Source: an uncultured cyanobacterium (lineage in GTDB: Bacteria; Cyanobacteriota; Cyanobacteriia; Phormidesmidales; Phormidesmidaceae). Taken from it: DNA of 64,000 nt. The notes under the pieces were generated by a model. The model worked only from the letters and a program-made list of their open reading frames with translations, searched no databases and was not told the origin of the DNA. The DNA lies in assembly GCA_963793265.1 (NCBI GenBank), contig CAWBZI010000001.1:256001-320000 (forward strand), read 5' to 3'. This document shows, one piece after another, positions 1 to 9,070 of this stretch. The position numbers and the translations under genes were made by a program. Each line of letters begins with the position of its first letter. Positions within the stretch are counted from its first letter, which is position 1.

Positions 1-608
1 AAGTTAGTTTGTCGCTCTTCTAGTGAGTATTTTAGATACGTTTTAGAAAGCTGGTCGAGAATGACTTGAATTTGAACAGGGTCTGGGCCAGCATAGCTAA
101 CTTCTAAAATTTTAGTTTCACCAAGGCGAGTGATCTTGAGATTGTTTAGCAGGGTGAGATAGTCTATCTCAGGATAGGTTTGGCTAAGCTGTTCGGCCAC
201 TGGCTCAATTAGCTCAGGACTGCGTAATACCTGTACCTGAGTTTCATAGTCTAGACCCGACTTACCGATTGACTGCTCTCCTAGAATAGAAGGCAAATCT
301 GTGAAGTCCTGATCGGCATTTACAGGCTCTACAAGAACTCTAAACTGACCTTCGTATATCTTCTGTTGCTGCAAAGCTTTAGTCGTAACCAAGGCCATCA
401 CCATTGTAGCAACACCTGCTATCACCCAGGCTCTACGCCTGAACACCAGCAGCAAGCTTCGTAAGTCCATATCTTCTTCTTGCTGGGCGTTAAGCTGCCA
501 GGCCGCCAGCATCGAAGAACTTTCAGTAGGCGCGATCGCAATCGGCGCAACGGATGCATCATTATTGTTGATCGTGGTGGGTAAGGGCGTAGCTTGAAAA
601 ATGTCCAT
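1..608 (-). CDS. wzc: Wzc/GumC-family polysaccharide co-polymerase, N-terminal part (runs off window start)
   Basis: Not in the ORF track. My minus-strand translation from ATG at 608 gives MDIFQAT...EEDMDLRSLLLVFRRRAWVIAGVATMVMALV...YEGQFRVLVEP...LDYETQVQVLRS...TKILEVSY..DP, open to position 1. Lies directly downstream of wza. Confidence 0.9.
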   Translation of the reverse strand, partial: MDIFQATPLPTTINNNDASVAPIAIAPTESSSMLAAWQLNAQQEEDMDLRSLLLVFRRRAWVIAGVATMVMALVTTKALQQQKIYEGQFRVLVEPVNADQDFTDLPSILGEQSIGKSGLDYETQVQVLRSPELIEPVAEQLSQTYPEIDYLTLLNNLKITRLGETKILEVSYAGPDPVQIQVILDQLSKTYLKYSLEERQTN

Positions 609-664
609 GCGATCACGCGATAGCGTTAAAAGAATGTGTTAGGAAAAGGAAGAACAGGAAAGTG

Positions 665-2110
665 TTAAAACAATCTGAAAAGCAAATTCAGCGGCGAGGC
701 AAGCTGAATGAGCGGACTAAACACAGAACCCACCGCATCATTAAACTGAGCCCGACCGTTGCGGCCTACCACCACCACATCATTATTCAAAATGAGCGGA
801 TTCTTCTCCGGATCGATCCCTGTCGTCAAATCTACCTGAACTTCTCGCTGCGTGACGGTGCCGTTGGGGTTAAGCCGAATTAGCTCAACGGTTTCGGTTG
901 CGCGCTGCGTGAATCCACCTGCCGCTAGCACCGCCTGATTGAGCGTAGTATCAGGCGACGTGTTAATTACACCAGGGCGTTCTACTTCGCCAACAACATT
1001 AACAGTTACTTTATCAGGTGAAAAATTAGCCGCCGTAAGCTGCGCAACTTCAGCAGGTGTCGTATCTGTAGCCATTGGAATGATTACAGTGTCACCTTGT
1101 TGCAACACCAAATCCTGACTGATATCGCCTTCTTGCAAGAGCTGCCAAAAGTCTATATCAATGAGCTGTTCATTACCGCCGCGCGTTTGCCGTCGCACCT
1201 GAATATGGCGAATATCGGCAGAAGGCTTGATGCCACCTGCTGTTTTCACAACTTGAGTCACCGTTGTTCTACCACTGTTTTGTGCATTCTTAGCGGTAAA
1301 TTCGTAGGCCCCTGGGCGAAACACCTCACCGATGATGGCCACTACCATATCTTGTTCTACACTGGCCGATAGGTTGGAGGCAGCTAGCCGATTTGTCTCA
1401 GCAATATCGACTGCGTTAGTTTCACTGATGACAATTGCGTCGCCATCGCGTAAGGCAATATCCTGTTCTACATCACCATTATTCAACAGTTCCCACAGGT
1501 CGAGCGTCACCGTTTGAGTGCTGCCGTCAGCGGCTCGTCTGAGCTGCACCTGGCGCAAGTCGGCAGCTTGGGTAACACCGCCTGCGGTTTGTAGCGCTTG
1601 GGCAACGGTGGGAAATTGAGCGCCATTTTCGGGCGTCAGCGTGTATAGGCCGGGCTGACCAACTTCACCTGCGATCGCTACCCTCAAGGGCCGAGGCTCG
1701 TTAAGCACTACTGTCACCTGCGGGTAGCGCAGCTCTCCTTGATAGGCCGCACCAATTACCTGACCAGCGGACTGAAGCGTCAGACCATTAACGCTCACTC
1801 GGCCCACGACTGGGAGGTTTAGAGAGCCATCTGCGAGGACTTTTTGATCGCCGCTATACTCCGGTACATTAAAGATATTGACGCTAACTGAGTCACCCGC
1901 GCCTAGCGTGTAAGTATCGTTTAGATTTGTTTGGGCTGGGATGGCGCTATTTTGAGCACCGTCAGGAGATAGTGCAGGTAAGCCGACAACAGCGGGCTCT
2001 GCGGCTAGCAGCAGACGCGACTCGGCAGTCAACAGCTCAAACGAACAGGCTGCAAGCAAGGCCCATAGTCCAGCAAAAAATGTTCGTCGTACTTTTGAAG
2101 TATTGCTCAT
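665..2110 (-). CDS. wza: Polysaccharide export protein (Wza/OPX family, SLBB repeats)
   Basis: YTLGAGD...LADGSLNLPVVGRV poly_export motif, three GEV..PG SLBB modules and an amphipathic C-terminal helix. Start placed at MSNTSK (2110); the ORF track extends to 2176. Confidence 0.92.
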   Translation of the reverse strand: MSNTSKVRRTFFAGLWALLAACSFELLTAESRLLLAAEPAVVGLPALSPDGAQNSAIPAQTNLNDTYTLGAGDSVSVNIFNVPEYSGDQKVLADGSLNLPVVGRVSVNGLTLQSAGQVIGAAYQGELRYPQVTVVLNEPRPLRVAIAGEVGQPGLYTLTPENGAQFPTVAQALQTAGGVTQAADLRQVQLRRAADGSTQTVTLDLWELLNNGDVEQDIALRDGDAIVISETNAVDIAETNRLAASNLSASVEQDMVVAIIGEVFRPGAYEFTAKNAQNSGRTTVTQVVKTAGGIKPSADIRHIQVRRQTRGGNEQLIDIDFWQLLQEGDISQDLVLQQGDTVIIPMATDTTPAEVAQLTAANFSPDKVTVNVVGEVERPGVINTSPDTTLNQAVLAAGGFTQRATETVELIRLNPNGTVTQREVQVDLTTGIDPEKNPLILNNDVVVVGRNGRAQFNDAVGSVFSPLIQLASPLNLLFRLF

Positions 2111-2575
2111 TTGAGGTAACAACCGCCTTACTACGTTTCTTATCTTTCGGGGGGATCGAAGCTCAATAAGTACCAAAACCGCAGAGCCTAACAGATGCAG
2201 TCTTATATAACCCGCTCAACTCACGAATGTATCAAGCTGATTTGTTTTAGAGAAGAAGCGTCTTACGTAAAAAGCGCAGCAGGTAGTACGTATCGGCACA
2301 ATAATGGTAATTTCTCAGTAGTTTCTTTTCAGTAGATTCTCTTATTTTTGTCGTATTGTTCAAAGCTTCACGACTTTGCTAAGGATTTGTACGGAAGTGC
2401 TCAGTAGGTTGCGTGTAACTCATTAGATTTATTACTTTTTATACACAAGGTACGTAACACCCCTTTACAGGCTGATGTGTTGATAGAAGCCTCCTATCTT
2501 CGCCTTTGTTGTTGCGTTTGAATAATTTATTCTACTGCCTGCTGTTTCGACACCTTTCAAGAGGAAGCGTTTTTC

Positions 2576-3646
2576 ATGCGCGTAAATTCTATTATTATTT
2601 CGAGCGTCATTTTGTGGGCGATCGCGACCATTCCAGCTTTTGCCCAATACAGAGAAATGCTAAGCGATCGCCCTATCACTGAGGCATCAGCTATCACGTC
2701 TCTAGCCACCGTAGAACCTTCACTGGATGCAGCTCCTTTATTAGATATAGAAGCGACAGAAGAGACGTTGAGCGTTGGTGCTAATAGAGAGGAATGGGTG
2801 GCGGCAGTTAGTAAGCGATCGCTCCCCTCTCTAGAAGAAATTCAGCGCATTCAAAACGAATTGATCGAAGTCACCGAGCCTAGACCAGTTACAACTCGTC
2901 GGGCGTTTCCTAGCATCAGTATTGCGGTACCGACAGGCTATGGCGCAGATAAAGGGCAGATATTTGCAGGCGTAGGCTACCAATCACGAACTCGATTTAG
3001 CGGCGGGAGAAATCCTGGAACAACGTTTGGCGGGGGGCGGCAAGATGGTGCAGTGGGTATTGGATTTGGTATTGGCGACGCGCGTGAGTCGGTAGGTCTT
3101 CAGGTTTCTTATACGGCGGCTAGCTTTGGGGGGAGTAGGGCACCGCTCAGCGGTGGGTTTAATGCAAAGGTTCACAAGCAGTTTGGTAATGGATGGGCCG
3201 CGGCGATTGGTGGAGAAGGCATTATCAACATAGGGCGCTTGAGAAATAATAACGAAGTTGAGTTTAACGACTTTGAAAATACCTATTACGGTGTGGTGAC
3301 TAGAACAATTGCCCTCCGTGACTATGAGGAGCCCTTTAGCAGGTTGAGCCTGACCGCGGGCGCGGGTTCAGGGCGATTTAGATCGGTAGACAATATTGTT
3401 AATGGCGAATTTGGTGTGGGTGTATTTGGGAGTGCGGCCTTACAGGTTGTTCCTTCTACGAATGTGATTGCTGAATGGACAGGGCAGGATTTGGGACTGG
3501 GCGTTTCTGTTGCACCGTTTCCCAACTTCCCAATTGTCTTTACGCCTGCGGTACGTGACGTTGTGGGCGAGGGTGACGGCGATCCGCGATTTATTTTGGG
3601 GGTTGGCATCTCGGTAAGAGAGGCTTTTGAGGCCATTGGTCTTTAG
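2576..3646 (+). CDS. Exported hypothetical protein, probable outer-membrane beta-barrel
   Basis: Signal peptide (AFA|Q). The C-terminal ~250 aa are Gly/aromatic-rich alternating strands (GAVGIGFGIG, RLSLTAGAG, GVGVFGSAA, LGLGVSVAP, RFILGVGIS). Confidence 0.7.
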   Translation: MRVNSIIISSVILWAIATIPAFAQYREMLSDRPITEASAITSLATVEPSLDAAPLLDIEATEETLSVGANREEWVAAVSKRSLPSLEEIQRIQNELIEVTEPRPVTTRRAFPSISIAVPTGYGADKGQIFAGVGYQSRTRFSGGRNPGTTFGGGRQDGAVGIGFGIGDARESVGLQVSYTAASFGGSRAPLSGGFNAKVHKQFGNGWAAAIGGEGIINIGRLRNNNEVEFNDFENTYYGVVTRTIALRDYEEPFSRLSLTAGAGSGRFRSVDNIVNGEFGVGVFGSAALQVVPSTNVIAEWTGQDLGLGVSVAPFPNFPIVFTPAVRDVVGEGDGDPRFILGVGISVREAFEAIGL

Positions 3647-3688
3647 AGTACGCGCAATTTTTGTTCTAGATATAACGAGGAGTCTTTT

Positions 3689-4183
3689 ATGAAAGCATTT
3701 AAGTGGAGCTGTCGCGCATTGGCGTTGGTAGCGGTGTTGGCAAGCGCAGCGCCCGTTATCGCACAGGCGAATGTCTCTGATGTAACTGGCCCTATCATCA
3801 ATGGGCCAGGGCCAAGTATGCCTAACGTTTCCGATAACACCGGCTCTAACGTCTCTGATGTAACCGGGCCGAATGTCTCTGATGTGACTGGGCCGAATGT
3901 TTCTGATGTGACTGGGCCGAATGTTTCTGATGTAACTGGGCCGAACGTTTCTGATGTAACTGGGCCGAATGTTGGCGCGAGTAGTGTCGGACAAATTTCT
4001 TTAGACGGTTTGACTAGCATAGATGCAGCGGCGTTGGCACAAGAACTGGAAGTTGCTTACAACAGTTGTGCCGATAATCAAGCTGCGGAAGGGGGGAGCA
4101 CGGCTTTGCTGACACAGGAGAGCTGCTTAGAATTTTACGCGCTTTATGACCAGCTTGTTGATTTGCTGGCTGAGGCTTATTAG
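3689..4183 (+). CDS. Secreted protein with NVSDVTGP octapeptide repeats and an acidic helical C-terminal domain with 2 Cys
   Basis: GAGGAG RBS upstream, signal peptide, 6 perfect plus 1 variant repeat. Synonymous third-position variation between repeats supports this frame. Confidence 0.85.
   Translation: MKAFKWSCRALALVAVLASAAPVIAQANVSDVTGPIINGPGPSMPNVSDNTGSNVSDVTGPNVSDVTGPNVSDVTGPNVSDVTGPNVSDVTGPNVGASSVGQISLDGLTSIDAAALAQELEVAYNSCADNQAAEGGSTALLTQESCLEFYALYDQLVDLLAEAY
3824..3967 (+). repeat. 24-bp tandem repeat x6 (consensus AAYGTYTCTGATGTRACYGGSCCG) plus one detached copy at 3770-3793
   Basis: Read directly from the sequence. Confidence 0.95.
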
Positions 4184-4191
4184 GGCCTTCT

Positions 4192-5127
4192 CTATGAATG
4201 TGAGCGAACGTCGAGGGCATCTCTGAGGCCGTCGCCTACGTAGTTGACGCTAAGGACTGTTAGGAAGATAGCGAGTCCTGGAAAGATGACGAGATGCGGG
4301 GCGCTCGCGATGTAGTTTTGGGCGTCGAAGAGCATTCGACCCCAGGTGGGTACGTCGGGTGGGAAGCCGATGCCTAGAAAGCTAAGGGTTGACTCTGTGA
4401 TGATGGCGTTGCCGACGCCTAGCGTGGCGGCAACAATAACTGGGCCAATGACGTTTGGCAGAATGTGCCTACAGACGATGCGAACGGGATGTGCACCCAA
4501 AGATCGCGCTGATTGAACAAATTCTTTTTCTTTGGTCGCTAAAAACCCAGCTCTGACTAAGCGCGCAGTTGGCATCCAGGTAAGGCCACCGATGACTAAG
4601 ATAATCAACAGAAAAACGCCGAGTTCTGGCCCAGCGATGTCGCGTACGCTGTCTCTGAATAGATAGATGATTAGAAGGAGAAGGGGAAGCTGGGGAAGTG
4701 ATAGGAATAGATCGGTTAGTCGCATGAGGAGGTTGTCGATGAAGCCGCCGCAGAATCCTGCAATTGTGCCGATGAGCGTGCCTAAAGAGATAGAAACTAG
4801 CATAGCGGTGATGCCCACTGCGATACTCACGCGACCGCCCCATAGCATTCTGGCGAGCTGGTCTTGGCCTAAATCGTTGGTGCCTAATGGGTGCTGTAGG
4901 CTAGGTGGGGCAGTTGAGCGGGCGAAGTCTATATCGCTGTAAGAGATTGGGTAGATGAAAGGCCCGATAATTACGCTGGCGATGATAATGAGCAGGATGA
5001 GCGTACCGAGCATTGCCATGCGATCGCGTTTGAACTGTCGCCAGGCTGTTCGTTTTGTAGGCTGTGTGGTCGCTGCCTGAGCAGATGTCGCAATGGTAGC
5101 AGGCGGAAGCTTTGTAGTGGCAGGCAT
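4192..5127 (-). CDS. Peptide/nickel ABC transporter permease (DppC/OppC family)
   Basis: HPLGTNDLGQD, EAA-like loop EFVQSARSLGA..RIVCRHILPN, LSFLGIG..P..PTWG, C-terminal GDGLRDALD. Confidence 0.93.
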   Translation of the reverse strand: MPATTKLPPATIATSAQAATTQPTKRTAWRQFKRDRMAMLGTLILLIIIASVIIGPFIYPISYSDIDFARSTAPPSLQHPLGTNDLGQDQLARMLWGGRVSIAVGITAMLVSISLGTLIGTIAGFCGGFIDNLLMRLTDLFLSLPQLPLLLLIIYLFRDSVRDIAGPELGVFLLIILVIGGLTWMPTARLVRAGFLATKEKEFVQSARSLGAHPVRIVCRHILPNVIGPVIVAATLGVGNAIITESTLSFLGIGFPPDVPTWGRMLFDAQNYIASAPHLVIFPGLAIFLTVLSVNYVGDGLRDALDVRSHS

Positions 5128-5202
5128 GGCTCTTTTGGACTATCAGTGCAGATAGTAGCATTGCACTGACGAGGCTGTTCGGATCGCCTATCACCAGCGA
5201 TT

Positions 5203-5277
5203 TTATTGTCGTTGGAATATAATTCTGATGGCTTGCAGAAGACACGCCTGCTTAGTGTAAATGAGCTGCCAGCTCAC
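5203..5277 (-). pseudogene. Truncated Txe/YoeB-family toxin remnant
   Basis: GTG overlaps the antitoxin TGA (GTGA). Reads MSWQLIYTKQA, a typical Txe/YoeB N-terminus, then diverges and stops after 24 codons. Confidence 0.7.
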
Positions 5278-5516
5278 CAGTTTAGCGCCTTAGAGCACTC
5301 ATCAACAGGTGTCTCCAAACCTTCTTTTATAGACTCTCGCATCCCAGGCACAGAGAGCAAATAAAGGGTTTCTTGAATACTGGCCCAGTCTTCTTCAGCC
5401 AGAATGACCACATTGCTATTGTGGCTAGTCACTATCGCAGGCCGATGAGACTCAGAAACCTCATCTATAATTTTTTGAAAGTTGCTTTGGGCCTCTTCAA
5501 GCGGATGTATGGACAT
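5274..5516 (-). CDS. Phd/YefM-family antitoxin
   Basis: 80 aa; IIDEVSESHRP..VT....NVVILAEEDWASIQETLYLLSVPGMRESIKEG. Confidence 0.92.
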   Translation of the reverse strand: MSIHPLEEAQSNFQKIIDEVSESHRPAIVTSHNSNVVILAEEDWASIQETLYLLSVPGMRESIKEGLETPVDECSKALNW

Positions 5517-5610
5517 TAGCAGCTATGTATGATTTCTATGAATCATTGTAAGCTCTAAACGAATCTCTTGGCCCACCGTCAGCCCATACTTCAATGGGGT
5601 TATGGGGGGG

Positions 5611-6636
5611 TTATGGGTTGGATTGCCAGGTTTCGATGTGGGCGATCGCATCCAAAACCCCATTTGAATAAGAGGGCGTTGTGAGCTTTGGCCGCTGAAG
5701 CAAGGGTTCGAGTGTCGCGATCGCCTCTCCTATATTCCCGACTAAACAACCATATTTTTGTATACGCCGGGTCTGACGGTCATAGCGACGAGGAAACGCG
5801 AAGCCGACGAGAGGAATATTGAGCGCAGCGCATTCATGCGTGAGGTTATAGCCACCGCCACCGACTACTGCATTGGCGAGCTGCAAAATATCGATGCCTG
5901 GCCAGTGATATAGCCATAAATCGGCAGGACAAGTGGGTGGGCAAGTCGCAGATAGGCAGCGAATGGTTGATTCGGGGAAAGCCCTTGCTAGGTGCTGCGC
6001 TATCGTGCCAAAGAAAGCAAGTTCTTTAGGCTGACCTGCACCTACAACAACAATGAGTGGCTTATTAGCTGGAATGTTGTATCGAGTTCGTAGCGCTTGA
6101 GTATCTGGCAGATTGTTGTGATCGCGGCTGATCCAAGGGGCAGTTATTTTCGCTTGAGGAAGGTGAGCGAGGGGAACATCGGGTTCGCCGGGGAGGAGGA
6201 AGCCGTTGTAGTGGTGACGGACGAAGGGGGCGATCGCCTTGGCAGAGATGTATTTCGGGTTGAGATCTCTGTGAATGAGAACGTGAGAGACGTGGTGCTG
6301 CTGTGGAATAAGGTCGGCTAGCTCTCCGATCAGGCCGCGGGGAAAGGTGTCAACGATGAGACAGTCGTATTGAATACTCTTTAAAAGAGATTGAATGGAC
6401 TGCCGGGCTTCGGCTGCGCTCAGCCCTTGAGTGCAGGGTTGGTGCAGAGTTAGATTAGGGGTTTGGACAAGTGAAGTGAGACGGGTGGCGTAAGGGCTAT
6501 TAGTGAGTAGATGGACGCGGCGGCGGGTGGCGGCGACTTGAGCAAGGGCGAGGGCTCGGTTAAGGTGGCCCCAGCCGCTGCCGAGGGCGTAGATGAACCA
6601 GCTAGTCGGTATCTTAGCTGGTATCTTAGCTGGCAT
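5611..6636 (-). CDS. GT-B fold glycosyltransferase-like protein (MurG/GT28-like)
   Basis: IYALGSGWGHLNRALALA, LIVDTFPRG, VVGGGGYNLTHE, RRYDRQ. Confidence 0.8.
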   Translation of the reverse strand: MPAKIPAKIPTSWFIYALGSGWGHLNRALALAQVAATRRRVHLLTNSPYATRLTSLVQTPNLTLHQPCTQGLSAAEARQSIQSLLKSIQYDCLIVDTFPRGLIGELADLIPQQHHVSHVLIHRDLNPKYISAKAIAPFVRHHYNGFLLPGEPDVPLAHLPQAKITAPWISRDHNNLPDTQALRTRYNIPANKPLIVVVGAGQPKELAFFGTIAQHLARAFPESTIRCLSATCPPTCPADLWLYHWPGIDILQLANAVVGGGGYNLTHECAALNIPLVGFAFPRRYDRQTRRIQKYGCLVGNIGEAIATLEPLLQRPKLTTPSYSNGVLDAIAHIETWQSNP

Positions 6637-7432
6637 CTAAATCCATTTCGTAGTCGCGATCGCCTTCTTGCTCAAAGCTCGCTGCATCAGATTCGTTGAA
6701 ATCTACGCTGCGTCTGTTGGGATCGTAGCTGTAGTGATCGCGGTCATGATAGTAGTCGTGGCCCCAATAGCCGCGACGGTAGCGGCCATAGTTGGGATAG
6801 TAGGCGTAGTCATCTTGATAGAGATCGCGAGCGGGATCGATCTGACCATTGCGACAGTGGGAACAGCCTGCGGTGGTGGTGCGATTGCAGGGGCGTTTGA
6901 AGAGGAAACCTACTTTGCGATCGCATGGATTCTGAACGCTGACTGTCCCTGCGCTTTCTATGCCTGCGCTTTCTGTTCCTGCGCGGCCTGTTGTATGACT
7001 GACTGCGGCAGGGGTACTTAAGCCCGCAGCAAATCCAGGCGCAAAACCTATTGCAGCCGCAGTCGCAAAGGGATCGGCCTGAGGTTGCGGTGGTGCCTCC
7101 GGCAGCGTCTCTAATAAAGTCACCGTGATTTCAAAAGGGCCGATAGTGAGGCGATCGCCATCGTTCACGGGCTGTATTGAGCCTGCCTTTCCATTCACCA
7201 AAGTGCCGGTGCCTTCCTGGCGATCTGAAATAACGAGCCGTCCTTTGTGCTCTGCCAAAATAGCGTGAAAGGGAATGACCGCATCGCTAGCAAGCACCAT
7301 TCGTCGAATCGCTTTACCTTTAAAGGCGCTAGGCATTTCGCCAAACTCTCGGCCAAAGGCTATTGGGGTTTCTAGCGTTGGCGATCGCACCTGTTGCGTA
7401 TTTGGATCTGTCCACCTAAGCTGCAATCGCAT
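6626..7432 (-). CDS. FHA-domain protein with a C-terminal Cys4 motif and a Tyr/Asp-rich tail
   Basis: FGR...HA...GTLVNG...GDRLTIGPF FHA skeleton; C-x11-C-x7-C-x2-C; acidic tail ending EMDLDAS. Confidence 0.8.
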   Translation of the reverse strand: MRLQLRWTDPNTQQVRSPTLETPIAFGREFGEMPSAFKGKAIRRMVLASDAVIPFHAILAEHKGRLVISDRQEGTGTLVNGKAGSIQPVNDGDRLTIGPFEITVTLLETLPEAPPQPQADPFATAAAIGFAPGFAAGLSTPAAVSHTTGRAGTESAGIESAGTVSVQNPCDRKVGFLFKRPCNRTTTAGCSHCRNGQIDPARDLYQDDYAYYPNYGRYRRGYWGHDYYHDRDHYSYDPNRRSVDFNESDAASFEQEGDRDYEMDLDAS

Positions 7433-7435
7433 TGC

Positions 7436-8149
7436 CTATTGGCCTCCGGCTAAATTCACTGCGTAGGCCAGGCCCGCTTGCTGAGGCAGCGTGAGTACGT
7501 CAAATCCAAAAGCAGCCATTGCAGAAGAAGTCATCGCTGACTTTGTAGAAAGCACGGTGTCTTCGTTAGCATCGCGCAAAGAGAGCTTACCGCCTTTTAC
7601 CTTTACCTTGTACAGTGAGACTTTCTCAGGCGTTTCAATTTCATAGCCATAGTCTCGCACCTTAATTCGATAGATAGACGTATCATCACCATCTTCTAGC
7701 TTCAAATCACCATCTTCTTGAAGCCGCAGTACATAGAGCGTTTGCGCCTGTGCGGCATCTTCTATCTTCCAATACCCATCGTGGCTAACAACATAGCCTA
7801 GCGTTTGATCGTCAGCATCTTTTATTTTCACTTTGTTGTTTTCATCAGCTGTCAACCGCGCCAGCTCATTATCAACACTATCTACTAGCTTGGTACCGTC
7901 TGCTTTGAACTTAAGAGAGAATTTTTCTGAGCCGTCTGCCTGCTTGAACTTAACTTTATCGAGGCTAGCTTGAGGCGTGCTTTGTGGGGCAACTGTAGTC
8001 GCAACTGGCGTTGTGATAGCCGTGTTGGATTGAAGGTTCTCGTCAGCGTTTTTATCCTGGCCGCATCCTAAAACAACAATCGCGATCGCCATCACGGAAA
8101 AGAGGTTGAGCCATACCCTGTAATAGCGACGTTCAGCAGTAGATTTCAT
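7436..8149 (-). CDS. Hypothetical lipoprotein with repeated beta-hairpin units
   Basis: Lipobox VLGC after a hydrophobic stretch; internal repeats of the type K(I/L)(K/E)D...(T/S)LY.(L/I/V)K. Confidence 0.75.
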   Translation of the reverse strand: MKSTAERRYYRVWLNLFSVMAIAIVVLGCGQDKNADENLQSNTAITTPVATTVAPQSTPQASLDKVKFKQADGSEKFSLKFKADGTKLVDSVDNELARLTADENNKVKIKDADDQTLGYVVSHDGYWKIEDAAQAQTLYVLRLQEDGDLKLEDGDDTSIYRIKVRDYGYEIETPEKVSLYKVKVKGGKLSLRDANEDTVLSTKSAMTSSAMAAFGFDVLTLPQQAGLAYAVNLAGGQ

Positions 8150-8197
8150 AGCAAGTGAAGAATAAGAGTAGCGATTCGAGAAAATTTAAAACAGCGA

Positions 8198-9070
8198 TCA
8201 GCCTGTGGCCTTTGAAAGCGCTTTGGAGAGGTTAAGCGCCTGGTAAGCACTCAGCAGCATTTGAGTAATGAGCTGATAGAGATTTTCAGCGGCAGCACCC
8301 ACTTCAGCGGGTGCTTTTACTCGCATGACGAGCTGATGGTCATTGGCTTTTATCTGCTTTAGCGTCATGCCGTGAGGGATGTTGACAGCTTCAGATAGGT
8401 CGGCGGCAAGTACGCTCATCGCACCATATTTTTTGCGGGGATACTTCAGTACGAGCTGAGCTTCACACCCTTTGAATTTGACCTTACGCTTGTGCTTAAT
8501 TTTGCCGCTGCTGCTGCGCTTAGTGCCCGAACGCACCACCGTATGATCTCTCAGCGTGATATCGAACGTCGTACTGTCTAAAAGCTGGCCGCTAATGCGT
8601 AACCAGGGGTCTTCAAAAAAAGCTTGCTTCCAGCCCCGACGCGCAGGATAGGGGCCTTTATGCGTCATTTTGTGTTTGGCAGTTGACTTAGAGAAATCTA
8701 TGCGGATGTTGAAAACAGCGCCTTTTGCCATGTCACGACCCAGCATGTCGCACAGGCGGGGCGGCAGCTTGTATCGCACATCGGTGACATCTAAGCGCCC
8801 TAAATATTGGGCAAGGATGGCAGCGACGATCCCAGTGATGGCTGACAGCACAGTGGCAATAAGCGCAAAGGTAGGCGCTGCGGGTGCCATCAGTACCGTT
8901 AAGAAAGTCAGTACAAAAGCAGAAATTGCGACAGTAGTACAGACGCGCTTCCGCTTTTCAGCAAGCTTATCTTGCGAGGCCACTCGATCCGTATAGACCT
9001 TGAGCTGAACTGCGGAGGCCGACGTTTCGTACAGCGGTTGAGTAGAAAATAAACCTGAGTTAAAAGCCAT
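8198..9070 (-). CDS. Hypothetical membrane protein (2 TM, basic soluble domain)
   Basis: Two hydrophobic helices, then a Lys/Arg-rich domain (KRSSSGKIKHKRKVKFK). ATG at 9070 preferred over 9160. Confidence 0.75.
   Translation of the reverse strand: MAFNSGLFSTQPLYETSASAVQLKVYTDRVASQDKLAEKRKRVCTTVAISAFVLTFLTVLMAPAAPTFALIATVLSAITGIVAAILAQYLGRLDVTDVRYKLPPRLCDMLGRDMAKGAVFNIRIDFSKSTAKHKMTHKGPYPARRGWKQAFFEDPWLRISGQLLDSTTFDITLRDHTVVRSGTKRSSSGKIKHKRKVKFKGCEAQLVLKYPRKKYGAMSVLAADLSEAVNIPHGMTLKQIKANDHQLVMRVKAPAEVGAAAENLYQLITQMLLSAYQALNLSKALSKATG

Noticed and set aside
422..616. 64-aa ORF from the track
   Set aside because: Wrong frame; the real gene is the wzc frame starting at 608.
3824..3967. CRISPR array
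   Set aside because: The units are contiguous 24-mers with no spacers, vary at codon third positions and lie in frame within a CDS; no cas genes are present.
3440..4020. Antisense repeat ORFs (RPSHIRNI and GPVTSETF repeats)
   Set aside because: Shadows of the plus-strand repeat gene, which has the RBS, the signal peptide and the synonymous variation pattern.
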